Of a DNA stretch of 64,000 bases, positions 24,945 through 36,367 are shown in pieces. Every line of letters begins with the position of its first letter. The first letter of the stretch is position 1. Origin of the DNA: Cetorhinus maximus (taxonomy: Eukaryota); the NCBI RefSeq assembly GCF_964194155.1, contig NC_135888.1, positions 61,504,001-61,568,000 on the forward strand. Reading direction: 5' to 3'. The notes beneath the pieces are model-generated. The model searched no databases. It was not told the origin of the DNA and saw only the letters and a program-made list of their open reading frames with translations. The position numbers and the translations under genes are program-made.

Positions 24945-25860
24945 AAATCATAGAATCATATAAATTTACAGCACAGAAGGAGGCCTTTCAGCCCATCCTG
25001 TCTGTGCCGGCTTTAAAAGAGTTACCCAGCCTAATCCAGCTCTTGGTCCGTAGCCCTCTAGGTTATAGCACTTCAAGTGCATATCCAAGTATATTTTAAA
25101 GGCAGTGAGAGTTTTTACATTTTGGCCTTGTATTGCAAACCCCCACCCTCTGGGTGAAACAATTGCTCCTCAACTCCCCTTTAATCCTTCTACCAATTAC
25201 ATTAGATCTGTACTGTCTAATTATTGACCTCTCTGCTAAAGGGAATAGGTCCTTCCTATCCACTCCACCTAGGCCCCTCATCATTTTCTGCACTTCACAA
25301 TCTCCTCTCAGCCTCCTCCCTTCCAAAGGAAACCCAGCCATTCCAATCTTTCCTCAAAGCTAAAATTCTCCATCCCTGGCAACACCCTCGTAAATTTCAT
25401 CTGTACCCTCTAGTGTAATCATGTCCTTCCTGTAATGCAGCAACTGACACTGTAGGCAATACTCTAGCTGTGGCCTAACTGGTGTTTTATACTGTTCTAG
25501 CATAATCTCTCTGCATTTATATTCTATGTCTTGGCAATTGAAGGGAGGTGTACATGAGCCTTCTTAACCAGTTGACCTACCTGTCCTGCTACCTTCAGAG
25601 ATCTGTGGATATGCACACCAAAGCCCCTCTGCTCCTTTACATTTCTTAGTATCCAACCATTTATTATATATTTTCTTGTCTCATTTGTCCTCCCCGAATG
25701 CATTACCTCACATTTGCCTGGATTGAATTCCTTTTGCCACCTTCCTGCCCACCTGGTCCATCCATTGATGTCTTTCTGCAGTCTCCAGCTTCCTGCTTCA
25801 CTGTCAAGAACATGCCCCAATTTTATATCATCTACAAACTTCTTAATCATGCCACCTACA
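24945..25860 (-). mobile_element. CR1 LINE fragment in GPCR intron 1
   Basis: KFVDDIKLG, FNPGKCEVMH, RRLRGD; ATTCTATG tail. Confidence 0.88.
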
Positions 25861-26194
25861 GTTAATACTAAAGATGAAGATCATTTTTTTGAATGCATTG
25901 AGAGGTTCTGATTTGTAATGTTGGAATGGATTGCTTGAAAGGGTGGTGGAAACAGCTTCAATAATGACTTTCAAAAGAGAATTGGATATATTCTTGAAAA
26001 GAGAAAAAAAATGTTGCAGAGCTGTGGGAGAAAGTGAGGAAGTGGGACTAAGTGGATCAATCTTTTAAAGAGTTGGCATGGAAATGATGGGCTGAATGGC
26101 CACTTCTGTTCTGTATGAATCTATGAAAAAATTTGCCTGCTTCAAAGGAATCACAGTTGATATTAACATTGACACTTCACAGCTTTTTAAAATG

Positions 26195-26521
26195 TATTCT
26201 TTCACTGGAAGGCTAGCATTAGTTGCCCATCCCTAATTGTTCTTGAGCTAAGGGGCTTGTGTAGCCATTTAAGAGTCAACCACATTGCTGTGGGTCTGGT
26301 TCACACCTATGGGTCCTCCCCTTACCAGATGTTTGTTTTTTTTCAACAACAATCAATGATAGTTTCATGGTCTCCATTACTAAGACTAGCTTTTAATTCC
26401 TGATTTATTAATTGAATTCAAATGCCACCAGCTGATATGGTGGGAGTTGAACCCATATCCCCAAAGCATTAGTCTAGGCTCTAGATTACTAACCCAGTGA
26501 CATTACTGCTATGCCACCATC
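26195..26521 (-). mobile_element. tRNA-derived SINE sharing its tail with the second CR1 family
   Basis: Head GGTGGCATAGCAGTAATGTCACTGG...GGGTTCAACTCCC on minus; similar copies at 52405-53560 and ~20945-21290. Confidence 0.7.
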
Positions 26522-26536
26522 TCACCTAGTACTTAC

Positions 26537-26811
26537 CTAAAGGGCATGACCAGGCACGCCACCAATAGATCTGCTGTCGCTAGGGACAGGATGAACATGT
26601 AAGTCACTGTTCTCAATTTCTTCTCCAAAGCAGGGCAAATAAACACTACCATGTTTCCCAGCAGTGTCACCAGGTCCACCGTGGTCAGTATGGTCCCAAC
26701 CAGCACCTCTTGGTGGGAGATCTGGATGTGAGAGGCATTCCCAACTCCGAGAGAAACCAAAGCAAACAGGCTGTGGTTGGAAGGATTGCTCACATTCCAA
26801 AGAGAACCCAT
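26537..26811 (-). CDS. Aminergic class A GPCR, coding exon 1 (N-terminus, TM1, TM2)
   Basis: ATCATGG start at 26811; MGSLWNVS...TLLGNMVV (TM1 GN)...SLATADLLVACLVMPF (TM2 LAxAD); ends TTT AG|gtaagt, phase 2. An acceptor tttttgtag sits 10 nt upstream of the ATG (exon starts 26821). Confidence 0.95.
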
Positions 26812-27045
26812 GATTCATTGTCTACAAAAAAATTGGGGAAAAGAAATGCTTTAAAAGAAAATTCATTCTGATATAAAATACAAATAGTAGCAGAAATTAA
26901 AAAGGACAATATCATAGTTTACTGTGATTATAAGTGAATGCTATTACTCTTACTAACACAATATTACTTGCAGATTCCTAATACATTATTACTAATATTA
27001 ATATTATTCTCAATAAAAGATAAACCAAAATAATGTTTTACTTAC

Positions 27046-27210
27046 CCTGACGTATTGTTCAAATAACACTTAAGGTGGATTATCTATGCTGCTAAAGTTA
27101 TGTATAAAGATAGTCAAGAGTGCAACCTCCACTTAACCGACTGATTTCTGAGAGTGTGAGGATGCAGTTCAGTTCAAAAACATAGTGCTATCTAAACCTG
27201 GGGTCTACTG
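27046..27210 (-). other. Candidate 5' non-coding exon of the GPCR gene
   Basis: Donor CAGG|gtaagt at 27046/27045 pairs with the acceptor at 26822. The 5' end is only inferred as ~30 nt downstream of the TATA box. Confidence 0.55.
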
Positions 27211-27239
27211 AGAAAATTGAACATTAAAGCGGAGGAGCA

Positions 27240-27492
27240 TTTATAGAGCAGAGTATTGCAGGGGAGCTGCGGTCCTCACCAATCAGAGTTGATCAGACAA
27301 CAGGCAGTCATCTCCACTCACACTTGAAAAGCGTTCCCCACCAATCAAGAGTTTAGGACGTCATTGCTGCAATAAAATCCACTTTAAGAGCCTGAATTTT
27401 CCCATATTGACAATGTACAGATAGCAGGGCTGCATTCTAAACTGATCTGAATTGTGATTCACAGTAAAGAACACAGCTGATCAGTGACGTCT
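27240..27492 (-). promoter_or_regulatory. Candidate Pol II promoter of the GPCR gene
   Basis: TATAAA (minus) at 27240-27245; CCAATCA at 27279 and 27341; CRE-like GACGTCA at ~27357 and TGACGTCT at 27485-27492; repeat-free region. Confidence 0.55.
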
Positions 27493-27687
27493 TGTCAACA
27501 GGCACAACCTTTGAGGAAACTGTGCTCACTGAAATAGAAACTATATATGATATTTTGATGGTGTATTATTCCTGGATAAGTTTGGCGCCTTATACTGTTC
27601 AGATCATGAACCCACGCATGAAACAATACAGCATCTACATTACTACAGTTTGGATGCTTTTGAGTCATTTCAAAGTTTACAAAAGAG

Positions 27688-28048
27688 ATAATTGCCTTTA
27701 TATAACACCTTTCCTGGCCTCAGAAAGCCCTGAAATGTTTTACAGCCAATTATGCAGTCGTGAAACATAGCCACTATTTTGCACTGAACAAGGTCCCACA
27801 AACAGCAATGACATAGACGACCAAATCATCTGTTTTAGTGATGGGGCTTGAGGGATAAGTATTAGCCAGGACATTAGAAGAACTCCTTTGCTCTTCTTTG
27901 AAATGTGGCCATGGGATCTTCCATGTCCATCCCCAACGGCTCTGTGTCTCCTCAGTACTGCACTGGAACGCCAGCCTGAATTACGTGCTTCAGTTTCTCG
28001 GCTTTCTTGTTGAGAGTTGAAAATGTATCGCTGACCCAAGGCTGACAC
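27688..28048 (-). mobile_element. Deu-domain SINE
   Basis: GCCATGGGATCTT core, CTCAGTACTGCACTG, SINE tail. Confidence 0.7.
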
Positions 28049-28190
28049 CTTATGGTGAAGAGCGTGGAGTTGTTCTGTTCTTCATGTTGATCTTAGAGTA
28101 ATAAATAGTTTTGACCAAGGAGAGGGAGCATTGGCCTGGCACAAGGCAGTCAAACCAGATCTGTCAATGTAACAGCTAGGTACAGAAAAC

Positions 28191-28596
28191 TTATTTAAAT
28201 TTATTTTGATCTACTGTTTTATCTCCACCATTTAGCCCATTTCGACCCCTTCTCCCCACCCCACCCCCACTAGGGCCATCTGCCACTTGCTTGTCCTGCT
28301 TGCTACCCTTAATGTCACCATTAGCATATTCCTTAGATAATATCACCACCGTCAACACCCCTTTGTCCTTTTGTCTATGACATCTTTGGCAATCTCTTCT
28401 TTGCCTCCACCTATCACTGGCCCTCTATCCAGCTCTACCTGTCCCACCCCCCTCTACCAGCTTATATTTCACCTCATTTCTCTATTTCCTTAGTTCTGAT
28501 GAAGAGTCATACGGACTCGAAACGTTAACTGTGTTCCTCTCCGCATATGCTGTCAGACCTGCTGAGTTTTTCCAGCTATTTTTGTTGTTGTTGTTG
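28191..28596 (+). mobile_element. Penelope-like 3' terminal (pLTR) fragment
   Basis: Ends in GACCTGCTGAGTTTTTCCAGC and (TTG)n; 14-bp TSD TAGGTACAGAAAAC/TAGGCACAGAACAC (12/14). Confidence 0.75.
28492..28530 (+). ncRNA. Minimal type I hammerhead ribozyme motif
   Basis: AGTT-CTGATGA-a-GAGTC(atacg)GACTC-GAAAC-GTT-AACT: intact core, helix II, helix I, palindromic helix III. Confidence 0.7.
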
Positions 28597-29189
28597 TAGG
28601 CACAGAACACGAAGTACTAGCTATTGTTCAGAAGCTGCAGAGGTGGATGTGATCCATGGAGGGAGGGGGTGGTAAGTGTTGAAGAACTCTGGGATCTGAG
28701 GGGCAGTAAAGCATCAAAACCAAAGGCAGGATAACTGTGAAGGAAACTGAAAGGTATTTTTGTCATCACAGATGACAGGTCAGAGGTAGAGGAGGTAGAG
28801 AGGGTAGCTGAGAATGATGTGGCAGGGGTAGGGGAGGGTAATTCTTTTTCCCACGGTTAGAAAGTAACAGGGGTTTCAAGCAGACCGAGACAGGTGGGAG
28901 AGTGGAGATGAGGAAGAGACTGGAGGTAGCCTTTTCAGGGATAGTAAATTCAAAGGTCTCCAGACCATGTCTGATCATGAGATTGAGGGCTGACCATATG
29001 TGGAAAGGGAGGTGATGTGCAGGGTGAGTTTGAGAGAAATAGATAGGGTAAAGAAGCTAATGGGGGGAGAGGAGGGTGGTTTTCATGATAAGTTTAAATT
29101 CAAAAAGAATCAGAAATAGCTCAGTGAAGATGCTGAGACTGAACAGCAGGGAAGAGATTTCATTGAAGAAAATCAGATCACGAGAGTAA

Positions 29190-29601
29190 GAACACTTTCA
29201 TTTATATTGCACCTTTCACAACCTCTGGAAACCTCCAAGTGCTTTCCAACCAATGAAGTGCATTTTGCAGTATAGGAAACGCAGCAGCTGATTTGCACAC
29301 AGCAAGATCCCACAAGCTGCAATGAGATAATGATGAGACAATCTGTTTTTAAGCTGTTAAAACAGGTGAACTCCCCTGCTCTACTTTGAATAATGCCATG
29401 GGATCTTTCACATTCATCTAAGAGGGCAGATGGGGTTTTGGTTTAAGGTCTCATACCAGAAATAGCACCTCCAACAGTGCAGAACTCTCTCAGTACTTTA
29501 CTGAAGTGACATCCTAGATTATGATCTTTAGCCATTAGAGTGGGCCTTCAACCCACTTAAACTCAGGGAAAAGAGTTCCACAACTGAGCCAAGGCCGACA
29601 C
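29190..29601 (-). mobile_element. Deu-domain SINE
   Basis: GCACAGCAAGATCCCACAA, GCCATGGGATCTTT, CAACTGAGCCAAGG. Confidence 0.78.
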
Positions 29602-29694
29602 TTAGTAGTATCCTTAAAGTGGACCTATTGTGGGCACTAGAAGGTGAGACATTCAAGCGTAGAGAAGGAGCCAAGACAATGGGACATGTTAGAA

Positions 29695-30843
29695 CATCAT
29701 GGGCAAACTTTTCGGCCTGAGGGTCACGTCTGGGAATGGGAACTGTATGGAGGGCCATAAATGCTCAAGGAACTAACAGTTAATATCTCTGCGTTACATA
29801 CAGAGGTCTTGTGGTTCAATGGGTAGCTTCCCTACCTCTGAAACAGAAGATTCAGGTTTGGATCCCACATCAGGAACTGATGACTAAGGAAGATGTGTGT
29901 TCAGAATGTAGCCAAATAGGTTGAGTATCAACTTGTAAATCCTTCCAACATACATGCCAATGCCAGGAAGTAAGAGTGGGAGGGATTCCTGGTCATCCAT
30001 GTGATGGAAAGAACATTGGAAGCTCGACCATCACTATCCATAGCTCCAGATAACAGCATATATGTGCATGTTGCCACAAAGCAACTTGGGGTGGAATTTT
30101 ACAGCCCCTCCCGCAGGTGGGATTTTCCAGTCCTGCCGAAGTCAATGGGCTTTTGAATGGCTCACTGCATTTTACAGCCCCGCCCCCACCACGATGGTTT
30201 CAAAAAATTCTGCCCTTGGACCTCTTGTGTGAACTGTAACACACCACCGCACTATTTATAAGTAGATTTTCAACAATGTCCATTTAAGCATTGTTTCTCG
30301 TGCTGATTGTACTCATTTTTTTGACTTATTTGTGGTATTTATTGCATTTTAGAAAATGATTGCACATCCACTTTAAGAAAAATCACATTACCTTACAAAT
30401 AGGCCCATTTATATATTATCATCCAGCAGAGCCAGGTTTTGGCCTTTGAGACCCAAAAATTGGACATTTGTCTAACTCTAAAATGTACACATAAACCCTT
30501 GCCCTCATCAAGTAATTCCTATTGCGATCAGACTATCTTGTAATGCGGAGCATATGGTCTAGCCCTCAATCACCCTAAGGTCAACAATACTTCCTTCCCT
30601 TGGACCACTGTCCTCTGAAACCTGCACCAAGTCAGCAAAAATCAGAGGATTTACTTATACTGTGCTGCTCTCAGTGCTCCCTCTCCTGTCACAGGGGCAC
30701 TGCTCTTCTTAAAAAATGCCTGTCCCCAGCCACCAATCATTGGCTTACCTTCAACTACTTCCTGTAATCAATGGACACCCCTGGATGGCCTAGCATGGCC
30801 GTAGGCGAGATGTGGCCCATGGGCTGTAGTCTTCCCGCTCCTG
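29695..30843. mobile_element. Non-autonomous hAT (Charlie-like) element carrying a tRNA SINE (~29805) and a mini-MITE
   Basis: Ends ...TGGGCAAACTTTTCGGCCTGAGGG / GGCCCATGGGCTGTAGTCTTCCCGCTCCTG; 8-bp TSD TGTTAGAA/CGTTACAA (6/8). Confidence 0.6.
30089..30215. mobile_element. 127-bp Harbinger-like mini-MITE
   Basis: GGGTGGAATTTT / AAAATTCTGCCC, TSD TTG. Confidence 0.75.
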
Positions 30844-31409
30844 CGTTACAATGTGAAGTCAGGTGGAGGCAGTCTCACTGGGTCAGCAGGAGAGGAAGGA
30901 GACATCAGAAGTAAGCCATATCTGATTAGGCTCAGGATGCCTGATTTGTTTGGCCAAGGTGAAACCATGATTGCATGCAAATAAGTGAACCTTTTGTGGG
31001 GTGTGATGTGAAAGGAAACTCACAAAGAGGGGGTCGATGGGGTGAATGTGGGAGAGAGTGAAATGAAGAGGCAGGTGAGGATATTAGATTCAGAGGAGCA
31101 AGGCAGATGGAAGTGTCAGCAGAAGGGAATGAGACAGTTGGGGTGACAATGGAGAAAAGCTTGTGTTGTGTGCAGCCCGAGATTCCCCTCTGGAGACAGA
31201 GCCCACTAAGTAAGGGTATGAGTCTGGGTTGCAGAGGGAAAGGAGTCCAGCAGAGGTGTATTGTGTGGCTTGAAAACAGGATAGCTGCGGAATAGTTTTG
31301 GAGAGTTTAGGCAAGGGAATCAAGGGGTGTCTTTGAATAGGGAATAAGAGATGAAAAATGCATGAGAGACTGTCTCAAAAGAGCTTGAATGAAATGGGAT
31401 GGAAGTTAA

Positions 31410-31950
31410 ATGACATCTGTACAGAGTACTGGAGAGACCCCAACTAGAATAGTGCATCCAATTCTTGGCATCATACCTCAGGAAGGTTATATTGGCTTTG
31501 GTGGGGGTGGTTGCAAGGTACAGAGCAGGTTCACCAGAATGACACTGGGGCTAGAAGAGTTAAGTTATGAGGATGGGTTGAATAGCTTTGGCTTGTATTC
31601 CCTTTATACAGAGGGCTAAGTCATGATTTGATTGAGGTTTTAAGGCTGGTTAAATGATTTGATAGGGTAGATAGAGAGAAACTATTTCCACTGCTGGCAG
31701 ACTCTACAACAAAGGGTTGTATCTTTAAAATTTGAGCTAGGCTGTTCAGGGGTGGTGTCAGAAAGCATTTCTTCACATAAAGGGTAATGGCAATCTGGAA
31801 TTTACTCCCCTATTGAGGCCGGGGTCAATTGATTCCTGTGAAATAAGGGTATTAAGAGTAACAGAATCAAGACAGGTAAATAAGATGCAGATCAGCCATG
31901 ATCTAGCTGGATTCCACCTGAGGGGCTGAGTGGCCTAGTCCTGTTCCTAT
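31410..31950 (+). mobile_element. CR1 LINE 3' fragment
   Basis: VQSRFTRM, LSYEDGL; GATAGGGTAGATAGAGAGAAACT; CR1 3' UTR. Confidence 0.8.
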
Positions 31951-32274
31951 GGATGACTGTGCATACTTGGAATCATGGGTTAGAAGAGAAAAGGGAATTG
32001 GCACCAGTGTATGTGAAGTTTGGTTAGCTTGCAATCAAATGAACAGAGTTTGGAAGTGTAAAGAGCTGTGCAGGAATGATAAGGTGAAGATTTTCAGATG
32101 CACATGAGATATGGTGCTGACACTTGAGCATTTACTAGTAAACTAAGCCGTACCTTCACAAGAGAAAAGTCTTAGATATCAGGTGACAACATCCTCAATG
32201 AGATCCATTTGGAGATTTAGACAAAATAACAACAATTCTGTCCCATTGACACCAGTCCAAGTTCAATATTAAGG

Positions 32275-32434
32275 TAATAGCAAAATAGTGCGGATGCTGG
32301 AGATCTGAAACAGTTTGAATTTGGCCAATATGAAGAGTCATATGGACTCGAAACGTCAACTGTGTTCCTCTCCGCTGATGCTGTCAGACCTGCTGAGTTT
32401 TTTCAGCTGTTTTTATTCTTATTTTTGTTTTTGT
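32275..32434 (+). mobile_element. Short Penelope-like terminus with a 5'-damaged hammerhead motif
   Basis: TGAAGAGTCATATGGACTCGAAACGTCAACT; perfect 13-bp TSD TTCAATATTAAGG. Confidence 0.75.
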
Positions 32435-32446
32435 TTCAATATTAAG

Positions 32447-34615
32447 GGATTGGATTTTTTGCCACTCTCCTGCCTGAAATCAGATGGGATGGCATGGAGA
32501 AAGGGGGGATATTGGACTGTGAGACCCACCGCTGAATCCCCTCACCCAGTCCATACCGGAACTGCTGCTGGCTGCCACGTCCCTACCTGCCCAATGTCAA
32601 AGCTCAGTGGAGGAGACGGAGGGACATGGGCTACACTTTCCTTGGCCTTTTCCCTCTTGCCAGTCTCTGTTCTCTTGGACTGCCAGGTGAACTATGGGGC
32701 ACTGGTGGGAATGGATTCAAATAGAGGGAAAGGTGACCAATCGAGGCCTCCTCAATCTCCAAATAATTAGCTGATGAAGATCTCAGTCTCTGCGCAGGCC
32801 TACAAAGAATGAACCAGGACAGTCTCTCTTCCTCTGGTCCCCTTTAATACCTCCTCCTATTTCTGCTACAACGTTACCTTGATTACCCTGAGGGGCCACG
32901 GTGGAGGCTCCCGCTTGCTGCTGGAAATCTCATCAGTAGATCACCATGTCTACCTAATGGTCCTTAATGCATAAACCCTGGTCTGGCGTCGGGACAGTAG
33001 GTGGAGATCCTAACTTTTATTATCAGGATGTAGGCATTGTATACAAGGCCAGCCTTAGTTGCCCATCATAGAGTAACAGCAAAAATAAAGTATAGGAGAG
33101 ACCTGGTGGTCATTCATTCAGAGCAAACAAAGGAATGGGTTTCTGAATTATTACCCTGGGAATCCAAACACAAAAATGAGAGATTACTCTAGAATCAAAT
33201 AAAATACTCAACTTGTACAGGAGACAGAAAGTTCTCTCCTAGACGGTTCCCACTGTGCAAGAGGAATGAAGAGATTGCAGGAAAGTCATAGGACCACCAG
33301 CTGTTGTGAACTGATGAATGTGTAGTAGAAAAGAAGGGAGAGCAAGGCTGGAATGGAGGAGATTGAAAATGATGGAGTTAATCAGCCAATAAGCATTCAG
33401 AGTGGGACAGGGACAAGGTTACAATAATGTTAGTATTAATAGGAGTTCAAATTGATGGAGTAAATGTACAGACCAACAAGATTTTCAGAGTTTAGGAAAC
33501 AGATGCATGCGCCTTTTTCCTCATAAACATACATAAATACATCTCCATCTTAGGATCTCCAGGAATTGCAAATATATCTCGAGGGATATTTAACATTTTA
33601 AATTCTCATCCTTGTGTTTAACTCCCCCTCTGGCCTCCCCCGAATCTGCATCTTTATAAACTCATCTGACCCGACAACCCTCCCACAGCTCAGTAATTAT
33701 TCTTTTTTTGGAGTTTAAAAAGTTGCTTCTTCCTTTGCAATGCTGGAATGAAATCAAATGTTTCATTGTAATTTGCAATGCATTGAGTATAACATTGAAA
33801 TAGCATTTATCATCAATATAGATTGGATTCAAAATTCTTCGAATGAGATGGAGATAGTCACTGGTAATTTATTTAAGAAACAACAACGCTGTTCTCCGAT
33901 GATGGGCCCTAATGGATTCTTCAACTAGTAGATACTTGTTTTTTCATAGCTGCTGAGTATTAATGTGCTCCATGTACTGGGGCACCACTTCAAGCAAGTC
34001 TTTTATCTCAGAGTGCAGGGTAGCTGTAATGACCTGAGTTGGCTTTATTAGTGATGTTATCTTCAAAAGAAGCCTGTGAAACATGTTTCTCCAATTCACA
34101 ACCATTATTCTGAAGAGATCTTGGTGTCAAGACATTAGGGATTGGAATATTCAGTGAGGGAGCAGCTACAAATGCTTACTGTTCATGTATTATGCCCCAG
34201 TGACAGCAATAAGGCATTGGGTTCTTTGCCACTACCCTGTCTGAAATCAGATGGGATGGCATGGGAAATGGGGGGATATTGGGCCGTGAGACCCACTGTT
34301 GAATTCCCTCTCCCAATCCACAACGGAACTGCTGCTGGCTGCCACTTCCCCTGCAAAGAATGAACCGGGACTCTCTTACTCTGGTCCCTTTAATGCTTCC
34401 TCCTTTTTCTGCTACAACATTACCTTGATCACCTTGAGAGGCCACAGTGGAGGCCTCCACTTGCTACTGGAAATCCCACCAGTGGATCATCATGTGTTCT
34501 TAATGGTCCCCATTGCATAAACCCTGGTCTGGCATCTGGACAGTAGGTGGGGATCCTAACTTTTATTACCAGGATGTAGGCATGATACACAAAGTCAGCT
34601 CCAGTTGCCCATCAC
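32447..34615 (+). repeat. Local direct duplication (32447-33068 vs 34213-34615)
   Basis: CTGAAATCAGATGGGATGGCATGG, GGAACTGCTGCTGGCTGCCAC and GCATAAACCCTGGTCTGGC are in both; copy 2 lacks ~210 bp. Confidence 0.85.
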
Positions 34616-35474
34616 TAGTTGTCCTCAGGTGTAGCTTTTTGAACTGCTGCAATTCTTTACCGAGGTTTGATACAACTTGAATAGCTTGCTAAGCCACTTC
34701 AAAGGGCAGTTTGGAGCCAACCACATTGTTGTGGGATTGCAGTCACTTTAGGCCAGATCAGGTAAGGATACCTGCATCCTCCAGTCTTTCACCAAAGTAG
34801 CCAGATATGCTGAGCTTTTCCAGCACTTCTTGTTTTTACTTCAGGCAAATTCTACTGCACAGCACTTCTCACAGTGAATCTATATGACTCATCTAATAGC
34901 TTCCTTGTAACCAGTGGAGTTAATGAGGGGGAATATTGAAAGTCTCAACCCATCCCACATTATAGGCATGGACACAGCATAGATCTGCTTTAAAATGAGC
35001 CGTTTTGCTAGAAAAATGGCCATTCTGGGCAATGAGATATCAAATAATAAAAGAGTTAGAAAGGGGAGATAGAAACAGGCTGTTTCCAGAAGTTGAGGGG
35101 TCTAGAATGATGGACCATGGACACAGGGTTAAATGTCTGAGATTTGGAAGAGAGCAGGAGAAACGTCTTCACAGACAGAATTGAAAGGCTGTGGAATTCA
35201 CTTCCAGGGTCAGAGGTTGAGGCAGAAACTATGTCAAAAATTCAAGGTTAGATTGGAGAAGTGGGCGAAGGGAAAGGGAGTGAAGGGATTTGGGAACAGG
35301 TTAAGTAAATATGATGAGGACTATTTGCTTGCGTGGAAGCTAACCACTAACATGGGCTAGCTGGACTGAATAGTCTGTGAAATGATGATTCAGAATTCTG
35401 CACTGCTTGACAGTTCCATTTGGAGTCACTACAGGATAGCTGACATGGGAACTGATAACTACTGCAGTAGAAGG

Positions 35475-36062
35475 TCCTGTACTGAGGTTGGAACTGAATC
35501 AGGGGTTGGTAGAGCAGAGGGAGCTTTATTCAGCATCCAGTCTAATTGGATGGCTTACACTGACATGGTGACTGAAATGCAAATTTTCCAATAATAAAAC
35601 CACTTACAGTGATTTAATCAATAATTCAAAATAGCCACATGTGTTGGCAATTGCAGATTGTTCAGCTTTGGTGGACCATCACAGAGAGGCTGCAGAAGAG
35701 AGGTACAAGAGTAATCCCAAATGCATAGGATATACCTGATGACAAAAGATCAGAAATACCTGGGCAATAAAATTGGTTCATGCTATCAGTGTCAAACAGA
35801 CTCATAGTGAATCACAGGCCAATCTTTTGTTTCACCATTTGACTTCTTTGGAAAAGATAATTGTTATTACACAGGCCTATGACTCGCTATGAGCCTGTTG
35901 GACACTGATAGCATGAACCAATGTTTTCACTTAGGTGTTGGAAAATGGAGAATTTTGCATTTCAGTCACCATGTCTGTATAAGCCACCTGGTCAGGCTGG
36001 ATGCTGGATAAAGCTCTCTCTGCTCTGCCAATCCCTGATTCATCTTCAACCTCAGTACTGAC
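35475..36062. repeat. Foldback-like element with nested long inverted repeats
   Basis: Outer arms ~35477-35590 and ~35947-36060; inner arms ~35772-35820 and ~35873-35922. Confidence 0.8.
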
Positions 36063-36367
36063 ATGAAAAGCAGATTATGGCCACAGCTTACTTATGGGCG
36101 TATTGATCTTTTTAAGGAAGGCTTGTGTGTTTCTAAAGAAGTGCAAGCAAAGACACTGAGCAAAAGATGGCTGATGAAGTAAAGTGACCACTTTCTGGAA
36201 GATCCCGACGTGGGTCTTATTGCTCTTTTTTACACTCACTCTGTGAAGGGTCATCAAAGCTGAATATTAAATTTGAAGCTCAGTCTGAGTAGCATCAGCA
36301 GTGACTCAGTGGTTTCTGACCCAAAGGTTTGAGGGTTCAAGCTCCACGCCAGAGGTGTGAACACGTA

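Noticed and set aside
29805-29880. tRNA gene candidates at SINE heads
   Set aside because: A/B boxes are present but there is no full cloverleaf and they continue into SINE bodies.
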